Below the pieces are notes generated by a model that worked only from the letters and a program-made list of their open reading frames with translations, ran no database searches and had not been told where the DNA came from. The position numbers and the translations under genes were made by a program. A stretch of 63,438 bases of DNA, the filler included, from Octopus bimaculoides (Eukaryota), in assembly GCF_001194135.2 (NCBI RefSeq). It is 4 parts of 3 records of this genome, joined end to end, with 100 filler letters (N's around TTAATTAATTAA, not from the genome) between each part and the next. Parts side by side here need not be neighbours in the genome. Positions count along the whole stretch, not along the records: positions 48,844 to 58,743 come from NC_068983.1; positions 58,844 to 63,438 come from NC_068994.1; 2 more parts are not named here. One strand, 5' to 3'. Every line of letters begins with the position of its first letter. Positions within the stretch are counted from its first letter, which is position 1. Of this stretch, positions 52,705 through 63,438 are shown piece by piece.

Positions 52705-53584
52705 CAATATATGTGTGTGTGTGTGCAAATGGAACAACTCTGTGTGGTTGTTTAATTTGCTAAAAATAACAGCCAAATCTCTCTCATACTATACTCTTGT
52801 TAGTATTAAGGAAAGGGTGAAAATAGAATTAGTATTTTTGATTTTATTTGGCTCTATGAATTTAATTTTTTTTAATGCTTTCATCTATTATTTGATACAA
52901 GAAAAAAAAGAAATTGGAAAAATCCTGACCAAAACACAGAAATTGTAACTTAGCAAAAATATAGAAAGAGAAAGAAAAGGTTGTATTCCAAAGCGAAAAG
53001 ATGGCTTTTAGCTGAGGTGTAATTTTATAATTGCAACAAATTCAAAATTTAAATTTCGGAACATAAGACTAAACATGTTATCTGGTGTATGGCCGAATTC
53101 AAATGGGTAGAAGACCTAAAATAAATGTATGCGTGTGTGTGTGTGGTTGGGACTTTAATAGCCAGGGGCCAATTTCAGTTCAATCATAGAAAGGAATTCA
53201 GCCACTCCCTCTCAATTTTTCTCTCTTTTTTACCTCCTCTCTCCCTTGCTAGACACATGCATCAAATTTAAGTATCTTAATTTTCCCATTAAGATTGTTA
53301 CTGCTTTAGTGGAGAAGTAGGCATGGGTGTTGAGAAGTAGTAATACAACACATAGGTGGTGGTTTCAAATCTCTTCCAGAAATTACAAGAGATCTAATTA
53401 AAATTTTTTATTTAAGCAACAAAATTTCTTTCTCTTAAGCATAACACATGCATCATGTACGTACAAAAACCAAATTGGTATATTAACATCCACTCTTTTC
53501 TCTCGTTTGCATATTTTACTTGTTTGTTTTTGTACTTCATGTTGATGACGTCCTGCACCCATATATATATATATATATATATAA

Positions 53585-54460
53585 TCATCATTGTCGTTTA
53601 ACGTCCGCTTTCCCTGCTAGCATGGGTCGGACGATTTGACTGAGGACTGGTGAAACCAGATGGCTACACCAGGCTCCAATCTGATTTGGCAGAGTTTCTA
53701 CGACTGGATGCCCTTCCTAACGCCAACCACTCAGAGAGTGTAGTGGGTGCTTTTACGTGTCACCCGCACGAAGGCCAGTCAGGCAGGTACTGGCAACGGC
53801 CATGCTCAAGATGGTGTATTTTCTGTGCCACCTGCACAAGAGCCAGTCCAGGGGCACTGGCAACGATCTCGCTTGAAAATCCTACGAAGGCCAGTCAGGT
53901 GGGTACTGGCAACGGCCATGCTCAAGATGGTATATTTTCTGTGCCACCTGCACAAGAGCCAGTCCAGGGGCACTGGCAACAATCTCGCTCGAAAGTCCTT
54001 AGACATGCCGCGGGCACAAGTGCCAGAAAGGCGATGCTGTTCACAGGTGCCGTCACAAATTCGCTTTTGCTTGCCTCAATAAGTCTTCGCAAGCTGAGTT
54101 TCGTGTCCAATTTAACTCGATTTCGATTTCACTTGTTCAACAGGTCTTCGCAAGTGGAGTTTAGTGTCCAACGAAGGAAGGTACACCTAAGTGGACTGGC
54201 TGAGGCCTTAGATTTAGATCTCACTTGGCTTGCTGGGTTTTCTCATGCACAGCATTTGACAGAGTATCTACAGCTGGATGTCCTTCCTAAACGCCAACCA
54301 CTCAGAGAGTGTAGTGGGTGCTTTTACATGCCATCGGAATGAAGGCCAGTCATGCGGTACTGGCAATGGCCACACTCAAAATGGTGTATTTTATGTGCCA
54401 CCCGCACAAAAGCCAGTCCAGGGGCACTGGCAACGATCTCGCTCAAGACCACTAAGTGGA
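53585..54460 (-). mobile_element. Composite of RTE 3' UTR/tail copies with an internal tandem duplication
   Basis: (ATG)n-tailed UTR sequence. An approximately 116-bp block (GAAGGCCAGTCAGG...GCAACGATCTCGCT) occurs twice from about 53770, and again in a second fused copy at about 54340-54445. Confidence 0.8.
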
Positions 54461-55711
54461 CTACTAATGTGCTAGAAGAAGATCACATGTAATGTGTCTT
54501 TTAAAACTGAATAGTTCTCAAAGAAAAAATCTAGCGAAGCAAAACATACGGGCGAGACTAGTGAAAATTACAGAAATAAATACAAAGAATATCTGTAGAC
54601 CAGTTTCTAAATTAATATTTCCTTACCGAAAATATCTGTTTCTCTTCAGGACGGACTACGAACGAAATATAATTCCCAGAATCATGTACTAGTTGTTCCC
54701 AACGAATGAAGAACGTGCACATGGTTCTGTTAATTATATAGGGTAAGATTCAAAAGTCTTTGTTTTGGCGCGCTAAATCCAGAAATATCTCTGTAGAAAA
54801 TAATTTCTGCATCGAATTTACCAACTTTGNNNNNNNNNNNNNNNNNNNNNNNNNNNNATATATATATATATATACATATTTTGTATATTATTATTTAATT
54901 GAACGCTACGCATCCATTTCCAAGTAAGTTTATCTTAACCTTTTTGATGCGACTCTACTCTATACTCTTTTCTCCCTCATCCTTCTCTAATTCCCTTTTT
55001 CTCCCCTTCACCTTTTCTATCTATCTTTCTTTCCCCCTCTTTCTCCTTTTGTCTCTCGTTGCTCACACGTGATCATTGTCCATCTTTCTTTTCCTACATG
55101 ACGTTCTAAGGACTGGGCGTCTTCCATCTCTCTCTTCTAACTTTTCTAAGAAAATATTTCTTCCACCATTCACTATTTTTACCCTCGAGGAATTCAGCCA
55201 CTACCTCTCACTTCCTCTCCCCCTTGCTCAACACACATGTATATATATATACACACACACACACACACATATATACACACACACACATATATATACACAT
55301 ATATATACACACACATACACACACATATAGATATATGGGAGAATTTATGAGAAAACAACAGACGAAGACATATGGTGTAAACAACAAATGGATGTATTAG
55401 TATAACGCACGGGAACAGAGAGTGTAGTGGGTGCTTTTACGTGCCACTGGCACGAAGGCCAGTCAGGCGGTACTGGCAACGGCCATGCTCAAAATGGTGT
55501 ATTTTACATGCCACCCGCACAAGAGCCAGTCCAGCGGCACTGGCAATGATCTCGCTCGAAAGTCCTTACACATGCCATGGGCACAAGTGCCAGAAAGGCA
55601 ACACTGGGCACAGATGCCATCCCGATTTCGCTTTCGCTTGCCCCAATAAGTCTTCGCAAGCTGAGTTTCGTGTCCAATGAAGGAGACGACGTTGGCATGG
55701 GTGCCAGTCTT

Positions 55712-55998
55712 GCGCTGGTTAATATTTTTTTCAGTGATTTAGGTTGCATTTTACTTTTGATAATTTTGTGTGAGTTAAAATTTTGTTCATTGTATTATCT
55801 TTTGTGAGGATGGGTAGATTTTGGATGATAACGTTAAAGGTTTCGTTGTTTCTAGGTTTATGTGTGGAGATGTATGAGAGTATTTTTAAGTCTGGTTTAG
55901 TAGTTTGGTTGACTTCCCTTAATGTTTGTATGTCTATTTCCTTAGCTTGCTTAATTTCATCATTTATTAAACATATTGGGTAATGTCTTTTGATTAGT
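55712..55998 (-). mobile_element. Penelope-like element ORF fragment (RT thumb/linker region upstream of GIY-YIG)
   Basis: Translation SEFRSILIKRHYPICLINDEIKQAKEIDIQTLR...LSYISTHKPRNNETFNVIIQNLPILTKDNTMNKIL resembles the PLE 'L..RGYP..LI...I.KA' and 'Y/FISTH.P' linker pattern. Recognised from memory, not by search. Confidence 0.6.
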
Positions 55999-56018
55999 AT
56001 TGATCTGAACTCAGATAT

Positions 56019-56053
<35 letters not shown>

Positions 56054-56163
56054 TACATACATACNNNNNNNNNNNNNNNNNNNNNNNNNNNNNNNNNNNN
56101 NNNNNNNNNNNNNNNNNNNNNNNNNNNNNNNNNNNNNNNNNNNNNNNNNNNNNNNNNNNNNNN

Positions 56164-58290
56164 NTCGTTGGATTGCCTCAAGTTCTGAGATTAATTTGAC
56201 ACTGATTGGTGACCCTAGCTGAGAGCAATAATCAAAGTGGCTTGGGACAAGTGTCCTCCAAAGTACCATCATGGTTTCCTGATCTCTTGTTCTAAAAGTC
56301 CTAAGAATCCATCCGGTCAGTCGCCTGCATTTCATTGACAATTTAACAACATGAACATAAAAGGACGTATTATTACTCATGTAAATGCCCAGGTCTCGCA
56401 CTGACAGTGCGTCTCGGATTGCAGTCCCTCCAGGTCCAGTGTATTTAATGGGTACTGCATTTAGTTTTGCATGCTGATAGCACAAGGCTTGAAACTTTTC
56501 AGCATGTTATTCTTTTCTGCATGTTATTCTTTTCAGCCCACTTGTATATTTCATCCAGCTCACATTGCAGGTGCATTGTGTCTTCAGATTTCTGTATTAC
56601 CTGTGAGACTTTTGTATCATCTGCATAACTTGTGATCGTGGCTCTCTGTATGGCTGAGGGCATGTCTGAGAGGGCCGTTATGAACAGTAGTGGTCCCAAA
56701 ACATTGCCTTGCGGAACACCGCTCACTATTTGCGTGTCATTGGAGGTGGCCCCATTGGCTACTACCAACTGACTTCTATCCTTCAGAAAGTCATGAAGCC
56801 ATTCTCCCAATTTTCCAGCTATACTGAGATCACACAGTTTGTGACATATCATTCCATAATCGACTTTATCAAAGGCCTTTGCAAAGTCGAGATATATCAC
56901 TTCCACATTTGAGTGGTTCAGTTGCTGTTTCAGCACCCAGTCATAGTGTTGTAAGAGGTGAGTCAGGCAACTTCTTCCTGTTCGGAAACCATGTTGGATG
57001 TCAGGCAGCAAGTCATTTTCTTCAAGGGAGGCGATTAGTTTTCTTCTGACTATTCTTTCCATGTCCTTGCTGATGTGCGAGGTCAGAAAAGTAGGTCTGT
57101 AGTTCTTGGCCTCCACTCTGCTACCTCCTTTATGAATAGGGCATATTTTACCCTCCAGTTTTCTTGGGAGTTTGCCAGATGCAAGGAAGCTCTGAAAGAG
57201 AGACTGTCGCGGTCTTGCTAGGACTCATTTACATACTTTTAGAAGGATTGCTGGGAATCCATCAGGGTCAGCAGCTGAGTTTGGGTTCATTTCATCTATA
57301 GCCCTTATTACATCGTCTTCCTTTATATTGATGTAATCGATCATCATTGCCTCTGTTTTTATATCTGCAGTGGTAAAAAAGTCAGTTGGATTACTGACTT
57401 GAAAGTGCCCTAGGGGTGGAGTGAAAACACTTTTGAATTGCTCATTTAGTATTTCAATTTTCCTCCTTGGGTTTCCAGTGAGTGCACCACCTTTTTCAAG
57501 GAGTGGCCCTATCCTGCAGTGCACTGAAGCTGTTTCTTTGGCAAACTTGTAGAAAGCTCTGGGGTTAGATTTTATATTGTCTATTGCCTTGGCTTCTTTG
57601 ATGCTCTTTCTTTTTCGTGGGAGAGTTGCAGATTATTTTCAATCTCCAGCAGTTGTATTTTCATGCGGGACTTTTCACTGCTTTCAATTTGTTTGTTTAG
57701 GCGATTTGAAACGTTTGTATGCTGTCTCATAAGAATTTTCCTCTCCCTCGGGATTTTGTTCTTGTGTACAGTGGCCTTTCTCTCCGGGACACATTTGTAG
57801 CATATGGCTTGCATTACAGACATGAATTGTTTAAGTTTCATGTCGATGTCTGGTGAGGAGAGACATTTAGGCCAGTTTTGTTTGAGGGTCTCTTTCTCAA
57901 TTTGTTTCCAGTTTGCCCTATGGAAGTTCAAATTCGAAAGATTCTGAGAGTTTCTTGTAGGCTGCATGTCCATGATTTCCTTTGGTCCGTACATGGTCAG
58001 CTCTACCATGCTGTGATCCGAGAGTAGCATTGGTGTCACTTTCACATTATGGATGAGATCTATATTATTTGTGAAGCAGAGATCCAGTATGTTACCTGCC
58101 CTGGTTGGTTGGAGTACTATTTCCATGTACAAAGTGTTGGCGAGGTTCAGGAGGGAATGCACCTGTCCTTGTTCGTATCGCGTCAATCCTTGGAGAGAAA
58201 GGCCCTCGGGCCATCTGACATTGGGCAGATTAAAGTCTCCCATAAGAAGTATGTATTGTTCTAATGTGACTAGAACTTCTTTCTTGTAAG
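56164..58290 (-). mobile_element. CR1/L2-type LINE, disrupted APE endonuclease + RT
   Basis: APE motifs LLMGDFNLP, QPTRAGNILDLCFTN and SDH. RT motifs NYRP..LTS, QHGFRTGRSCL, YLDFAKAFDKV, GVPQGNVLGPLLF and YADDTK. Broken into four ORFs by frameshifts and stops. Confidence 0.92.
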
Positions 58291-58342
58291 GCAATCTTCA
58301 AACTTGCCTACATGATTTGGAGCATCTGTATATATGTATGTG

Positions 58343-58385
<43 letters not shown>

Positions 58386-58539
58386 ATGTATATATATATA
58401 TGTATGTATATATATTATGTGTATATGTATGTATATATATATATGTATGTATGTGTGTATATATATATATATATATGTATGTATATATGTATGTGTGTAT
58501 ATATATATGTAAATATATATATGTATGTATATGTGTATG

Positions 58540-58626
<87 letters not shown>

Positions 58627-58873
58627 TATATCTTAATATATAAATCTGAAATTGTGTGTTTGTGTGAAGCCTTTTTGAATGTTTATAGAAATCCACATTT
58701 TCCACTTTTTCGTAAAAATTTTTACATCAATGGAATTTTCTCGNNNNNNNNNNNNNNNNNNNNNNNNNNNNNNNNNNNNNNNNNNNNTTAATTAATTAAN
58801 NNNNNNNNNNNNNNNNNNNNNNNNNNNNNNNNNNNNNNNNNNNGTGTGTGTGTGTGTGTGTGTGTTGATGTGC

Positions 58874-58913
<40 letters not shown>

Positions 58914-59051
58914 TAAGCTACAGTTATTAATTTAAAGCAGGTTCAAGAATGTATAGTATATTCTGTGGTAGACGGATCCAACGCAGAGAGTAGAGTCAAA
59001 TCTATTTCAAAATACTAGCTGTCAAGAACTTACATTACATTATATAATACA

Positions 59052-59082
<31 letters not shown>

Positions 59083-59383
59083 CCATATATTTCGTTTTGG
59101 GATTTCGTTTGCAAGANNNNNNNNNNCATATCCATATATTTCGTTTTGGGATTTCGTTTGCAAGATTCTTTATGTGAGTTCGTGTGTTGAAGCATATTGT
59201 TTTGTCTGGGGAGGGTCATTCTCTTTTAGTGCCTTATAACTTAACACACACACACCGGTAACATTTCCACTCATTTCCTTCTTTATTTCTTTTTAAACAG
59301 CTAGCCCACTCATTAACAGATACTTACCACACAGGCATAAAATGTAATTCTAAAAGTTACGCTCTATAGACTCAACATAAATA

Positions 59384-59550
59384 CGAGAGAGTGCTGAAAA
59401 GTTCTTGGCTTTGGGTAAAAGAAAATACAGGAGGATCAGTTAATCATGATTTTATTGAACATATTCCCATCTCAGATTCACAACTTACTGCAGATTGCAA
59501 CAGTCCTTCATTTTTTTTAAGCCCTGTAAAAGAATTCGGAAGCTTGGGCC
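59384..59550. mobile_element. Truncated copy of the same mariner-derived MITE
   Basis: Aligns by eye with 44476-44640. Confidence 0.75.
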
Positions 59551-59914
59551 CCTAAACAAGTCTTCGGCCATTCTTTTTTGATGAATGTGGACAGCACTCA
59601 GTACATGATGTTGAGTTTAGTCGTATATTTGTTCATTTAAACTGAAGTTTTGTCCTCTGATTGAGTTTCACCTTCCACTATCTTTCAGGTGACTGCATAG
59701 TCACCTGGTATGAAAAAAAGATTGGAGAAACTGAAGGAGTAAAGAAAATCATAAAGAACACCACAATAACAACAACAACAACAACTTAATACCAACAACA
59801 GCAACAACAGCATAAACAAATCGCAGATGATGAAAATAGCTACATCACTTCAAAAATAAAAAAAGATAAATAAGACATTACGTAGAAACATGAGTAGATA
59901 AGGGAAGCCATATA

Positions 59915-59960
59915 AATTGGCAGCCATCTTAGCGAAGAGCGAGAGATAACCTGATACGCG
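59915..59960 (-). promoter_or_regulatory. Candidate promoter/5' end with a YY1-type AAGATGGCTGCC motif
   Basis: Local CpG enrichment and AAGATGGC oriented on the minus strand, the same direction as KIF6. Motif only; no transcript evidence. Confidence 0.3.
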
Positions 59961-60460
59961 AAAAGAGGAAAACCCCATAAAATAAACAAAAATAAAACAA
60001 CAAAATCAACAAATAATTGTAATAAACAAGCTGATATCCTCGTGTGATATTTATTATTTAGAAAATTTCATCCAACACACAATTTTTCTTTCCTGACAGT
60101 GACATATTCCATGTCGCAGTGTGATTGATAAACTGAATGTGTCGTCTGCTCTTAGATTTCCATCGTCTGTCTTCCTGTTTTCTACAGTTTTTAGCTTCAA
60201 CACCGTCTACCAACCAACTTCTTCTTCATCATCATTTTCTTCTTCTTCTTCTTCTTCTTCTTCTTCTTCTTCTTCTTCTTCTTCTTCTTCTTCTTCTTCT
60301 TCTTCTTCTTCTTCTTCTTCTTCTTCTTCTTCTTCTCCCCCTCCTTTTTCTTCTTCGACTTCTTCGTCTTCTTTTTCTTTTTCTCTTTCTCCTCCTCTCC
60401 TCTTCCTTCTCCGTCGTCACTTTCCTTTCGACTTTTTCTTCTACTTTTCTTCTTTTTCTT

Positions 60461-60537
<77 letters not shown>

Positions 60538-63153
60538 CCTTTCTATTATAGGCACAAGGTCTGGAATTTGTGGGGACACCACCCTCTCTGGCTTGAGCAG
60601 GTATTCCGCAGACTTTGATCCATGTCCGTTGATTCTACATCAACTAGATTTATTATGGTTTTACGGTCAAAAAGAACATAACTTTAATTATGTTTCTTTT
60701 TTCTTCTTTTTCTTTCACCCTTCCACTTTTTGCATACACCTTCCTCTCTTTTTTTCTCGTGATTTCTCTTGTTAATTTGTCCTGATTTGCAACGTGTATA
60801 GGTCATGTGTTCAGAGCCTGAAGTAAGATCCGGCCTACATATGTTTCATAGCGAGCGGAACCTCGGAAGTGGTAAATATCCAAGCGATGCGTATACTGCA
60901 GGCCACTCTTCATTACAATGATTTCTTGATTAAATGAAAGTTTACATTGTCGTAAGGAGGTACATGTAAGATTCAATGAGAATGTGTAGAAAGCACAGTA
61001 GGAGCGGAGAATATAAATGTAGAGGGAAATTAGGATTAAAAGAAGAAAAAGAAAAACATAAGGGAGTGAGAAGAAAAGGAATTTAAGCAAGGTCATTTGA
61101 CCGTTAGTATTCAATAGGGCTATTTTGGCTGAATCACAGAAATTAGCAAGGGGAGTGGTGTTTGAAAAAAGAGATAATGTGGAGAGGAGAGGGTGAGGAA
61201 ATATTTTTGGTGAAGGGGAGAAAAAAGTATGCATGAAGAAAGCAAGATAGAATGGGCATGAATCGTGGCGGGTATTATTAGCAATCAATTAAGGAGTGTA
61301 TATTATGTGCGGTGAGTGTGTTTACAGTATGAAGTAGTAGAGGTGTATATTGGCGTATTTGCTTGTAAGTTTACAATGGGTGGGGGTAGGAGGAGAGGCA
61401 GGTGAAATATGAGAAAAATGCTTTTATAAATGGTAAGGAAAGATGCAGAGAAAAGTATGTAAACGATAATAAGGAATTAAAAGGAAGAATAAGAGGTAAA
61501 AAAAAACGGATTTTATAAATGGTAAGGAAAGATACAGAGAGAAGTATGCCAATAACAAAGAGGAATTAAAGAGAAGATATAATGTTGGTTTAATAAATAG
61601 TGGTAGTGAGGGTAAATACGAGGGAGAATTTATGAAGGTTAGGGGGAAAAAGGTAGGGTAGAGTTGTTATTTGCATTTTCAGAATGGATTTAGTGATCGG
61701 TGTTTGCAAGTAAAACTTATACTGCTGCGTTCATTAAGACAATCTGTGGATTGCAATATATANNNNNNNNNNNNNNNNNNNNNNNNNNNNNNNNNNNNNN
61801 NNNNNNNNNNNNNNNNNNNNNNNNNNNNNNNNNNNNNNNNNNNNNNNNNNNNNNNNNNNNNNNNNNNNNNNNNNNNNNNNNNNNNNNNNNNNNNNNNNNN
61901 NNNNNNNNNNNNNNNNNNNNNNNNNNNNNNNNNNNNNNNNNNNNNNNNNNNNNNNNNNNNNNNNNNNNNNNNNNNNNNNNNNNNNNNNNNNNNNNNNNNN
62001 NNNNNNNNNNNNNNNNNNNNNNNNNNNNNNNNNNNNNNNNNNNNNNNNNNNNNNNNNNNNNNNNNNNNNNNNNNNNNNNNNNNNNNNNNNNNNNNNNNNN
62101 NNNNNNNNNNNNNNNNNNNNNNNNNNNNNNNNNNNNNNNNNNNNNNNNNNNNNNNNNNNNNNNNNNNNNNNNNNNNNNNNNNNNNNNNNNNNNNNNNNNN
62201 NNNNNNNNNNNNNNNNNNNNNNNNNNNNNNNNNNNNNNNNNNNNNNNNNNNNNNNNNNNNNNNNNNNNNNNNNNNNNNNNNNNNNNNNNNNNNNNNNNNN
62301 NNNNNNNNNNNNNNNNNNNNNNNNNNNNNNATAGTAATAACCACTCGACTGTATAACTCACCTTTACCCGAAAATATATGGTGAATTTTCCAAAAAAAGA
62401 TAAAGAAATCTAATAAAATTTATTTGGTTGCTTCTGACTGTCTGGTTATATATGCTGCACTGGGCACAAACGTACACATCCAAACTATTCCTTTATACAC
62501 TTTAAAATAAGTGTAAAACAAAGCAGAGTTTTCTCATAAATTTCAATGTTTCTGCTTGGTTTCCTTAGCAAAATTAATTCAGACGGAAATTTTTGTATTT
62601 TTGCTTCAACTTTAGCACTGATGCGGTGGTTTCTATTTTCAGTTTTGCGATGACGGTTGTCGAAACCCGACCGGAAGTCAGTTAGCAATCCAGGAACAGA
62701 CAAAAACATAATAATATAAATAATTATGACGACGACAACAACAACTACATTCCGCAACAAATACGACAGTAGCAGACCAATGTGAATTAACAGTACAGGT
62801 GAACTGAAATCTGACACAAACCATAATTATTTAGTTGCTACTTCAATATTCCTTTTTAGAATAAAACAAAAAAAATCAAACACAAAATACACAAAACAAA
62901 GCGAAATAATCTTTCTTTGCTTTCATCTTTGTTTTCTAGAATAGCTCACGTATATAGAAGCTCAGAAACGCGCTCACGAGTAATTACATTCGCGCACGCA
63001 CGCACGCACACACACACAAGCACAAACATACATATATACATACATGCATATACATGTTTATATGTGTGTTTGAGTGTGAGAGTGAACGTATAATATCAAG
63101 AGGTACCTTGCACTTTGTGAGTATTCCTACATAAAATATACATGAATATATAC

Positions 63154-63224
<71 letters not shown>

Positions 63225-63280
63225 TTAATAATGATAATAAAATTAGGGATAAAAATCCAAATTATTATCATTATCATTTA

Positions 63281-63315
<35 letters not shown>

Positions 63316-63438
63316 CAACTATCTGTTCATTCGACGAGCTTCTTTCAGTTTTGCGTATATTAAATCCATTCACAAGGCCTTGGTTGGCCCGAAGCTATAG
63401 AGGAAGACACTCGCCTAAGGTGCCAGGCAGTGGGACTG

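Noticed and set aside
54595-54655. CTGAAGA...GAAAC on the minus strand with an inner hairpin
   Set aside because: No valid helix III/cleavage triplet and no helix I pairing.
58630-58743. TC-TTAATATATAAA start resembling a Helitron 5' end
   Set aside because: Runs into a gap with no 3' hairpin/CTRR visible, so it cannot be supported.
59650-59700. CTGAAAGA...GAAAC hammerhead-like words
   Set aside because: The core has an extra base, and helices I and II are absent.
60825-60915. GAAAC-ATAT-GTA on the minus strand, resembling a hammerhead 3' half
   Set aside because: The upstream core reads ATGAAGA or CTGCAGT rather than CTGANGA, and helix I cannot be formed without assuming several mutations.

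Overview
Repeat-saturated, gap-rich animal genomic DNA, most likely an octopus (coleoid cephalopod) draft assembly. This is inferred from the extreme microsatellite density, the tRNA-SINE families and the RTE-type LINE tails. Almost all ORFs in the supplied track are microsatellite or N-gap artefacts. The only host gene I can support is a kinesin-9 (KIF6-like) gene on the minus strand, of which two exons are visible (44403-44291 and 42503-42429). The rest is transposon debris: RTE, CR1-like and R4/Dong-like LINE fragments, a Penelope-like ORF fragment, mariner/Tc1 and hAT elements, and several SINE families. The most notable observation is a set of minimal type I hammerhead ribozyme motifs with a 1-bp helix III closed by a (mostly palindromic) tetraloop, at three unrelated loci. 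(i) One sits inside a highly structured 351-nt unit inserted as about 1.2 copies between target-site duplications (6376-6798), the pattern expected of a retrozyme or Penelope pseudo-LTR. (ii) One is on the minus strand at 8134-8210. (iii) Two lie back to back in a 383-bp near-perfect palindrome (23719-24101). All structures were folded by eye; none has been tested computationally or experimentally.
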